A DNA stretch of 64,000 nucleotides from Paecilomyces variotii (lineage: Eukaryota), in the NCBI GenBank assembly GCA_004022145.1, contig RCNU01000001.1; one strand, 5' to 3'. Below the pieces are notes generated by a model that worked only from the letters and a program-made list of their open reading frames with translations, did no database searches and was not told where the DNA came from. The position numbers and the translations under genes were made by a program. How positions within the stretch are numbered: position 1 is the stretch's first letter; each line of letters begins with the position of its first letter. Below, piece by piece: positions 26,201 through 35,571 of the stretch.

Positions 26201-26669
26201 GCTCAAAGCAAAGTTATCGGCGGGTGGAGTAAAAATGGTGATACCCTCAGGAGTAGATGCATCCTCCATGCTTTCGAACGTGCTGGTGAAGGTGACATGG
26301 CGCGCAATTTCTTTCTGGACCTTGCTCCGTGGTTGCAGTGTTCCATGGAGCAATATATTGCTCTTTTTGCCTTCTCGTGCTCGACTCCTCAGTTTCCTAT
26401 CCGCGTACTTCCAAATGCTAGATTTCGAATTTTTTGCGATTCTCCAGTCCTTGAGCTTCCTTGTGTACTGGTTCTTGCTGCCAGTCATGTCAGTTCCCGT
26501 TCGACTTTCAAGGAGAGACATCTTAATACCTTGCTTGAAAACCATGATTAATGAACACGCAGTTCATTGTCCGCTCTAGAGTTGATCCAGACTCTAGATA
26601 AAGGGTAATTATTTCTTGCTTGTGCTTTTCCCAATTCTTATCGGGAATTCTAGATGGCTTTTTCGACAT
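23235..26669 (-). CDS. Clr5-domain plus multi-ankyrin-repeat protein
   Basis: Spliced N-terminus WEKHKQEIITLYL..TLERTM..HGFQAS|KNQYTRKLKDWRIAKN matches the Clr5 signature. Introns 26478-26529 and 26063-26136. Many TALQAA...LL..GADVNAP ankyrin repeats. Confidence 0.85.
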
Positions 26670-27822
26670 CGTTTCGAGAAAGTACCCGAGTCGAGAGGAT
26701 CACTGATCAACGGAAAGTCCAATCCACTTTTGAAGTTGTTCATTTATTTACCAGTAGAAACAGAACTCATGAGAGTCTGAGTCCGAAATCAAGTGGCCCG
26801 GGTGGTCAGTGTAATATATTTTTCCTGCGGCCAGCCTTGCAGCTATGATCCTTGACGTCAAGGTCTGACAACAGTGATTGGTTGATTCCGGAATTTGATT
26901 TAGATACAGCCTCACGGTGGTGTCAAAGCACGATTGGCTGAAGCCGGGGTTTAGCATTGCCACGTAATAGTATCATAACCAGCTAGTCGGACCAAAAGGA
27001 GGATTTCCGCTTGATCTTTGTAGATCTGGCGGTACTACCATACAATCTCAATTTTCAACTTGATTCGCTAAGGCCAGAATCTGAAATAGAGGACTTGTCT
27101 AATACTTACCAGAATTCTGTTTTTGCCTCTTAGTTTGCATCCCCAAGCGGTGCCCTCTCTCAGCAACGACTTTGTAAAATTGTCATTATCCACTCCGCGC
27201 GTCTTATTGGAGACGACCGAAATCTGCTTTTCAGAGCATCATTCCCCTATTCCTTACCCGACTTTATTCTTAGAAAGTTCACCGACCCAAAAAATTTTGA
27301 TCGTACCTCTAAGGAGACAATTTAAAGCTGGCAGTAATGGCGATGGTCACTACATCTCTCGTCTTTCGTAATTTCTCTAGGGCCGTTATACTATGGCGTG
27401 GTCGGTAGCAGTCGTTATTGCCTTGGTTAGTCTCATTGTCACTGCTCCTTCGTCCCTGCTAGTTGTTTGGGCCTATTACAGACGAGATCAGCAGGAATCA
27501 CACAGGGCAGGTAAGTCAGTGGGTCGAGTGTATACTAGGAATCAAACGCTCATGTACTAATTACTATTTCTGGCTCCTTAGAACCCATGTCAAACTATAC
27601 CATTACCGCCGAATACAATCCTCGAAGAACGGCTCAATTGGGCATATACAATGAGGAAATGTTACTCGAGACAGGCCCACATAGGCGCAGCACTCGAATG
27701 AAATTTGATGGTCTACGCTGCCCTTGATGTTATTATTTGGCACATGTTCTTCCTGAGGCTGGTAACTGAGAAGATAATAGCATGTGTGGTACGCTTTCTT
27801 CACGACCGAAGAAAGTTCATAG

Positions 27823-28245
27823 ATGGCCACCCATGATTTATTTGTCTTGGAGCAGCCGCGATCGAACAAGGTGCCCTTGAAGTCTAGAACATAAGCAGCA
27901 TGAGGTTATCAAGCCATGATCCGAGTCCTTTACGAGGAAAAGCCTATATTTTAGGTCATGGGCTCGTCCCAGCGTTATTACTTGGAAATGAGAGATCTGG
28001 ACCCTTATTAAATAAAAAGCCCTCCGGAGCTGATCTATCTTTGTAACGTCGATAATTCGCAAATCAATGCTATCAAGGACGCTGCGAAGAATACCGTTCT
28101 TCATAATGAAGCTCCCAGCTATCACTGTCAAGATCATATTCTTGAGTTCTTAGATGATTTGGGGCATAAAGGAAACATTCACCGTAAAAATGCAAGCTAT
28201 ATTTGGAATAAGAGAAACCTGGCATACAAACAGGAAATTTTCGTG
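27823..28245 (+). pseudogene. Degenerate small fungal gene (DUF6540-like, 'VMGSS.RY..E...HNE..Y[NH]CQD' family)
   Basis: The frame from 27955 reads VMGSSQRYYLEMRDLDPY*IKSPPELIYLCNVD...HNEAPSYHCQDHILEFLDDL...NK..L..KQE. In-frame TAA at 28009 and TAG at 27952. Family assigned from memory. Confidence 0.55.
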
Positions 28246-28441
28246 TGGAAAACGGTGTTTGTGAAGGTTACCTGATGATGAGCAACGAAATGGACCAATC
28301 AGGGGAAGCGCTGGCCAGGTACTAAATAATAATGTTTCGCCAGCGCTCAACAACCATCACTCTCGCCTCATTGCAGAATGAAACTTCCTCATCACCTCAG
28401 CTCTACACGATCTCGATATTGATACTATCCATTTTCACAAT

Positions 28442-29387
28442 ATGTTGATTACAGAGAAAGAAATCTTGAATCCTTCCATTCCTGACCTGCCCAGCAAAGA
28501 GCTCGTCATTGAGCTCTGCAAGAGGGAAGGGTCTCGCCGCAATCACCTCACCTACTCGAGCAAGGATAGGGAAATATTCATCAAATACAACAATGCTTCA
28601 ATGAGTGAAGCGCACACGCAGTTGTTTTTCTACAATTACATGATGTCCAAAGATAATCCGGTTTTTCGGATTCCTGAAATATACCACGCTTTCCAGACCG
28701 AGGGGAAGGGAACATATATCCTCAAGGAAAATATCGACATTGAAGGCCAGGCCTCTGATGAACAGAGAGTCCAGGCTCTCTGTGAGTTAGTCAGTGTTCC
28801 CCCGCCATCTGGTGTGTTTGGCAACATAGGCGGTGGCCTTATCCGGCATCCCATTTTTGATGATGAGGAGGCTCCTGTACACTTTGCCTCTACGGCCAAG
28901 TTGGAAGCATATATCAACAGGGTATGTTCTGATATTTACTACATATCACTGAAGTACTAATACCTCTCAAAGGCTCTTCAGTGGTTCAATAGAATCAATG
29001 GCCGACAAGACAAAGTTGATTTCAGTAACGAACCACTTATGTGCTATTATGCAGATTTTCACCGCAACAATTTTCCTGTCGATGTAAATGGTCAACTTTG
29101 GGTGATAGATTTCGAACACGCCGGTGTCTTGCCATCTAGTTTCATGAGTTATGCGCTTCGTGCACATCCTAGAGGCCTATCGCACTCTCTCCGAAAGGAA
29201 ATCCCAGTTCCAGTATCGAACAATCTAGTGGCAATGGGCAATGCTTCCTATATCTTTAAATGCGTACATAATGATTTCCGTGAGTTGAGATATCCCCCCT
29301 ATTTCCCTCAATATTCAAGATACTCATAGGATCCGTATCGCAGATATTTCCCCCGAAAGAACTCCAGACCACCAACCTGGCCAGTAG
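28442..29387 (+). CDS. APH/choline-kinase-like (protein-kinase fold) phosphotransferase
   Basis: IFIKY, RIPEIYHAF, YILKENI, catalytic loop YADFHRNNF and WVIDFEHAGVLP. Introns 28922-28972 and from 29280; the last exon is uncertain. Confidence 0.75.
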
Positions 29388-29524
29388 CTTGATATCTAGA
29401 AATGCTCTGTGCTCCTCTAAGCGTACCTGGTTATGCATAATTCTTTGCCGCAATGACTAATTCTTGAGTGAATAATGAGATGGTTGAAAAGCTATTTCCT
29501 TTCACAGCTGGGAATGTGAATCGG

Positions 29525-30020
29525 CAGCTCATTACTCCTGATTTGTCTCTGGCCCTATTATATATAGGCTTCTTCCTTCCACTTTCTCTAGGAAAATGCA
29601 ATCTCATCTGTCACTTGTACTTATAAATCGCCCACAATAGATTAGCAACTAGAACTATCATCTGCCTTTCTTTATTTGTTAACTTCGATATAAGAATCTA
29701 GCTGATATTTTCAATAGCCCAAACGGCTTCATTTTAGGATAGCTGACATCGATCCAGGAGGATTATAAACTTAGCTTTCTGGTTCTTACTCTATAAGCCA
29801 TTTATATACAGGCTCATTCTTATCCTTTTTCTTTTGGCAAGTATAATCTGCTGTTTATTACAATACTTTATGAATTACCGCCAACGGATTATCGACTAGG
29901 ATTATTGTCTATCTTTCTTTACTTGCAGAACTCAATATAAAGATTCAGCCGATGTTTTGAACGGCTAAAATGGCTCAATATCAAGATAGCCGACCTCGAT
30001 CCAGGAGGATTATGGGTTTA
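29525..30020 (+). repeat. Diverged tandem duplication, ~248-bp unit
   Basis: 29525-29772 aligns with 29773-30020, e.g. GATAGCTGACATCGATCCAGGAGGATTAT vs GATAGCCGACCTCGATCCAGGAGGATTAT, and TATATATAGGCT vs TTATATACAGGCT. Confidence 0.8.
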
Positions 30021-30866
30021 ACCCCGCTTCCGCCTCCTCAATTTCCACCTCCTCCACGTCATCCTGTGAATGAAGGTGCCATAATCTACAAGTCTCCCGA
30101 CATTCCTAGGAGTCTTCTCCATAAGCAAGTAAATGACTATTACTTGGAAATCCTAAACGGCGGAGAGAAACTTCCCAAAGACCTTGAAGCGGAAGATCCG
30201 GAAATGCTCAGACGAGTGAAAACCCACATTATATTGAAGATCTTCTTCAGCAATCCGTGCTATTGATATCGTCGCACCAATCCGTCTCTGGCAGAATTTC
30301 GAGATGGAAGTACGCATGGCTGTATAAAATGCAAATCTCAGCCAAAGATTCCTTCATCACGAGCTGGCTGGGCCGCATGGTGCTATGAACTGCTCTCACA
30401 TCAGGGAAGTGAATTGCCCATGCTCGAACGAGGGCGACGTCCAGGGCATATTCACCTAGCAATGTCTTAACAGCGCTCTACCAGGAAGAAGGGACTCAAT
30501 GCCAGTTCAGCTCTGGCCATTCGACAACGACTGACTGTGGAGGAATCCCCGATATAATCCTTGCTGTATCTACTCTGAGGACCCTGTTTGTACACCGCCT
30601 AGAGCTGAGTGGGATTACAAAACCTGATTTTGAGGTCGAATCAGTCTACCAGGTATTAAAATTTAGATATCTCTATTGGATTAGTTCCACGGGACACGCA
30701 ATCAACACCTAAATTGACTCCCCGCAAGTTAAGTTAATAAGAAAGCTCCAATACCTCCTGAAGCGAGTATCTTAAGCCAGAAAGTGGGTAAAAATTGAAG
30801 ACAATACTAATACCAGCGCGCAGTTAGAGTAAGTCATTTCTACTTTCTGTAGTGAAATATGCTGAC
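29970..30866 (+). pseudogene. Decayed orphan gene with a frameshift and multiple stops
   Basis: ORF 29970-30266 continues in another frame (IEDLLQQ...WLGRMVL*TALTSGK*...TLRTLFVHRLELSG...) with TGA/TAA stops. It ends in a GTAAGT...GCTGAC intron. Confidence 0.55.
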
Positions 30867-31305
30867 TTTCTATCAAGCGGAGCCACGGATTCGGAAAAGA
30901 CCATACTCCACGTTATGGGCTCTACTGGGCGTTATTATTTCGAAATAAGAGCATCAGACCCTCACCTCTCAAAGTCCATTGAGGAAGTTTTTATAATCTT
31001 TTCTGACTCTACTTTTAGAACCTTGTTTGTACGCAGCCTAGAGCTGAGCGGCATTATAAAACTGGATTTTGAGGTCGAATCAGTCTATAAGGTATTAAAA
31101 TTTAGATATCTTGATTAGATCAGTTCCATAAGATATACAAATAACACCTTAATTAACCCCCCGTAAGTTAAATTAACAAGGAAGCTCCAGTACCTCCAGA
31201 AGTAAATATCTTGAGCCCGGATATGGGTAAAAATTAAAGGCAATAGTATTGCCCGCGTGCAGTTAGAGTAAGTCATTTCTGCTTTCTGTAGTGAAATATG
31301 CTGAC
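30540..31305 (+). repeat. Direct repeat pair, ~325 bp each (30540-30866 and 30981-31305)
   Basis: Shared blocks GATTTTGAGGTCGAATCAGTCTA, AGGTATTAAAATTTAGATATCT and GCAGTTAGAGTAAGTCATTTCT.CTTTCTGTAGTGAAATATGCTGAC. Differences are mostly transitions. Confidence 0.9.
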
Positions 31306-32062
31306 AGCCAACGAATTTCAGAAAGAGATGCAGCGGCTGCACAGGCTCCGCAAGCACAAATGCGCCACAGCAACGGCAGGATATCGAGCCGCATCAGCAC
31401 TCTCGATACTCCGATGTATTGGCCTTTGAACCTTATATATCAGTCAATGGTCAGGGATAAACCTGAGGGAGTTGCTACGGGAATGATGAATCTGGTTTTG
31501 AATCATTACTCCGAGTTTTTGGGGATTTAGAGCAACGAGTCCGGACATCGGTAGTCGTGACCGAAGATCTAGTGATTATACTTATACTTTCTTGAGTGCT
31601 TCCATGACTACGAACTGTTGACCGTAAGTCTGTTGTATAGATTTGGATGATTTTGTATTATGGCGATAACCAATGCAATAAATTCAATGCTCATGTCCAT
31701 CTACCATGTAAATCCTTGCTGATAGAAGACGAATCGCTCAGCAAGCTTAGAATAGAAGTACCTGGTTATAATGGTTCCAGTAATGGAGCAGCGTTTGAAA
31801 ACTATGAGAGACAAATTCTTTCTGCTGGATGTTTTCTTCGTGCCATCAAGTCGTGGCAGAGTCCACATTAGGGGCCGGCTCATTTAGCACCTAAGCCAGC
31901 GGTGACTTAGATCATGTCTCTCCAGTGCTGTGCCTTCATCTACATTATTCAGTAGTCAACGCCATCCTGTCTTATCATCATAATACACAGAAGCTATTGT
32001 CGTGGATATAGAGAAACTTCACTCGCAAGAGCTGTTTAGCAGCCAACAACTCCAAATCAGAC

Positions 32063-32623
32063 ATGGAGCAGACCTCCCACCGAGAAATTGCCTTCATATC
32101 CGGCCCGCTAGACACTGGCCCCGACGCTAGTTATTTCCGCAAACACTACACCAAGCGCATTGATGCTGCCATCACTCGTGGCGACGACTTCATAATCGGG
32201 CCTATTCCTTATGGAGTGGATGCAGACGCCCTCGATTATCTCCTAGCATACCCCGTATCTCCCTCCCGCATCACCATCTTTGTCACCCCCGACGAGGACC
32301 GTATGTGGGGTACCAAGTTACGCAACCGCGGTGTGAGAGTCAATGTTTTGAAGCATGATCCAGAGAGAGGTACACCAGGCCCAAGGGATCGAGATGCTGC
32401 GATGACGGCAAATAGCACATATGACATTCTTCGTTGGCGCACACGAGATGAAGCAAAACAGTTCTATGGCAAGGCATGGAGAGACGGACATTTGACGAAT
32501 ACAGAGCGGAATTGGAGACGCAGACGGGGCATTGGTGAAGATGTTGTCATTAAGGAGGAAGATATTGATTTCTTCATGGAGGATGATAGAGCAAAATATA
32601 AGGGGAGTTGTCTCGTGTCTTAA
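32063..32623 (+). CDS. Hypothetical protein, possible SLOG/YspA-like Rossmannoid domain
   Basis: Intronless 186 aa: IAFISGP, DDFIIGP.PYGVDADALDYL and RDRDAAMTANSTYDI. The fold call is inferred. Confidence 0.65.
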   Translation: MEQTSHREIAFISGPLDTGPDASYFRKHYTKRIDAAITRGDDFIIGPIPYGVDADALDYLLAYPVSPSRITIFVTPDEDRMWGTKLRNRGVRVNVLKHDPERGTPGPRDRDAAMTANSTYDILRWRTRDEAKQFYGKAWRDGHLTNTERNWRRRRGIGEDVVIKEEDIDFFMEDDRAKYKGSCLVS

Positions 32624-33563
32624 GCTGTTTGAGCAACTTGTCGACAAATTTCTCGTACCTATATCGAACAGAGTCGAAAGTCCGCTATAAAGAGGAAGAA
32701 GGTCCATTCCAACAGATTCCCTTATTAGCTGATAGAATGCTGAGTCGGGGCCCCTCTATCGTTTATCAAAGCTAGCTCCGGATGTTTATGTACGACTTAA
32801 TAGCTGTTGACGTTGTACTGTATATACTCCTTTGCAAGTCCTTTCTTATTGTACATAGCATCTAAGACATTGTTTTAAACCCAAATTCTTCTTATTACAG
32901 ATACGGTACAAGGACTAAATAGCTATCAATCGATCACGTAAAAAGATGATCGAGGGATTTCGCTTATACTAAGCGTACGCATCTGTACAGTACAGTATGA
33001 ACAATTCACATGCATGAGTGCATGATATAAGGAATCTGTATGGTTAGACACTAGATGATAAGAGTTCTGCGAGGAAAAGCCATTAGAAGCAAGCCAACGG
33101 GCAAGATGGTTGATCTGCATCAGATACTGATACTGAGGACTAACAGGTAGCTACCGACTCCAGGATGCTAAATCCAGCACCAGCCTTCATTCCCCTTGGA
33201 CGACACGCATGCCAATGATAAAGGTACACATCGTCATCCTGAAAAGTGTCAATAATCTCCAAGCCACCGTATTCGAGGCTGGCAGATACGCCTGGGGGCT
33301 ATGCCACGACAACATGTTGCTGGAGGCTGGAGCCCGTAAAGAACCCATAGGTCCCCTCCAACTGCTTCTTGGCCGTCACAGAGTGTGACTGATCCAACCT
33401 ATAAATATGCCTCGCATCGCCCAGCATTTGTAGTCACCTTTTCATCTCTTTTCTCGCCCTTCCCCCTTCTCTGGCATATCTCATTACACAAAGTAACCAG
33501 CTTGAAGACCGCAAAATCATACATATCATTTATTGCAGAATTGGATAATCAGCCGCAAGCACC

Positions 33564-33953
33564 ATGGTACGTGGATGCTGCTGTTTGGGGAATGCCTTGG
33601 TGCGCTAACGAAATCTGAAGAACGGCCCCTACGAGGACAATCCCTTTGACGGCTCTAGAGTACTTGACAATGATTGGGACAACCCCAAATCCATCGTGTG
33701 CAGCATGGAATCGGTCCTTAAAGTGTTCTCGTTCGAGCAAAAATACTACCTTTGGGACGAAAGAGAGGATAGAGTTTATCGAGTTGAGAGACCGACTGAG
33801 GCAAGCGACATTATCGACGCATTCTTGAAGAACGGTGTCCAGGACTTTGAGCTGACGGAACTGGGGCCGGCGGAGCTGATGGAGATGGAGACGGAGGAGC
33901 AGAAGTTGATGAGGGAAATGGAGTGGAAGCAGCAGAATAAGGCTCACCATTGA
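33564..33953 (+). CDS. Small acidic hypothetical protein (~111 aa); first coding exon is ATG only
   Basis: ACCATG|GTACGT...GCTAAC...AAG| (intron 33567-33620) joins in frame to ORF 33696-33953. TATAAATA at ~33400. Confidence 0.65.
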
Positions 33954-35571
33954 ATGAGAAGCCATAGGTCTAGTTGTGATGCTTGTGAAGCCATTAGATA
34001 CTAAACTGTGCACAAAACCATGAGTTTCAGATTTCCCTCATCATCAAGATCTATTTCTGTGAATGTATCATTTACTCACCGGGTTCTTTTTAGCCAGGAT
34101 CTACATTAGATCTTGAATCTACTCGTGTGGCGTAGCTGAGTGCGGGGTATTTGCAGATCCCACGTAGGATTGTGATTACATGCAGACAAGGTTCCCTGCG
34201 GAAGAGATTATTGTTCATGCCATATACTATAACACATGCTGTGATATAAGTAGATGCTTCTGCATGGATATTTTGTGGGAATATTATTGTTTTACAGTCG
34301 TGAAGCATTCGATGCCCCTTCCGGTAATCCATTTCATGTTTATTTTCTTGTTGTATGTACATACATACATCTTTGAATGGCGTCTCCGACGCATGCCGGT
34401 AGTCCGACGCAATAATGTCTTCCACACTTGAAGATAGTTTTCGGTGCTCACTTTCCGGACAAAGTCTAGGCAGACGCACAGTAGGATAGTCAGATAGCTA
34501 GCTTCAGCATCCGGATAGCTCATGAACCAAGCATCAGCCATATTCCTCCGTCAGCCTCCGGGAATACTCCTCATGTTGGGCAGTGTATTCGCGTTCATGG
34601 GTCTTAGTATGGTTCACAGTGGTTGTCGATAAGTGTACTATATGCAGATTGATGCCAGATCACCCCAGCTCCACCTTGGTGGACCTCCAGCTTCTTGCGC
34701 CATCCAACCTCAGCCATGTCTGCTCGTGTATGAGAAGTGTTCGGTCTATGTCTGTATGGCTCTTCCCGTATGATAAATATCCCTGTCTAGATCGCTTATG
34801 TTTTATTGTATATAGCAATGATTTTACTCCCTTGTACAAGGACAATATAGAAGACAGGATAGAGTCGATAATCCTGAAGCAAGAATGAACGGATGCAATA
34901 TATTCTCTCTATTGTACTGATGGAAGACCCGAAGCATGGTATGAACGTACATCACCTAGCTCTATGTAAGACTGAATGATGATCGAATTTTGTCGGATTA
35001 ACAACGAGGCCGGATCATCTAGAACCTGTCGAATGAACGAGATGGAAGCAAAGATATGGGCAGAACATGTGGCGAGGCTGAATCCTCTTGCATCGGTTAC
35101 TGTCTCGAGACAGTAATCTGTCTGATATTTATGCTAACCTACCTGGTATAGGACGTAGATAGTGTCTGAGAACACATTTGAGTCAGGCTTGCCTTATTGA
35201 GAATAATATCCTTAAGTATAAATTCGAATAACGTTCAACTTACTGAAAATAGAAGCCCCCTAAGAATTTTCCTTTTGTATCTTGGTCTATCCTATTATTG
35301 ATTGTTGACGGACGATGATCTTCAGGAGCTTTTAGATAAGCAGAGTGGAGACTCCCGGCAAGGCGCTTAGACTAGTCCGTAAGGATACTAGCGTATACTC
35401 ACCATACGGCAGCCGTCGCGTTCGGCAAAGTATCGCGCTTGGCTTCACTCTCGAAGCTGTGTTCCTAGCAATGGCAACTTGAGTTACCTGCACCATCGAC
35501 ACAGCAATATCTAACGGATCGATTCGAGATCCTGCATAGGTGCGCACTGCGCACCATTCTGAACAGTCACA

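Noticed and set aside
30540..31305. Interpretation as LTRs of a retrotransposon or as a CRISPR-like array
   Set aside because: No TG..CA termini, PBS/PPT or gag/pol. Only two long copies, each containing spliceosomal intron signals.
34090..35100. Short ORFs that might be another relic gene
   Set aside because: No motif or consistent reading frame could be recognised.
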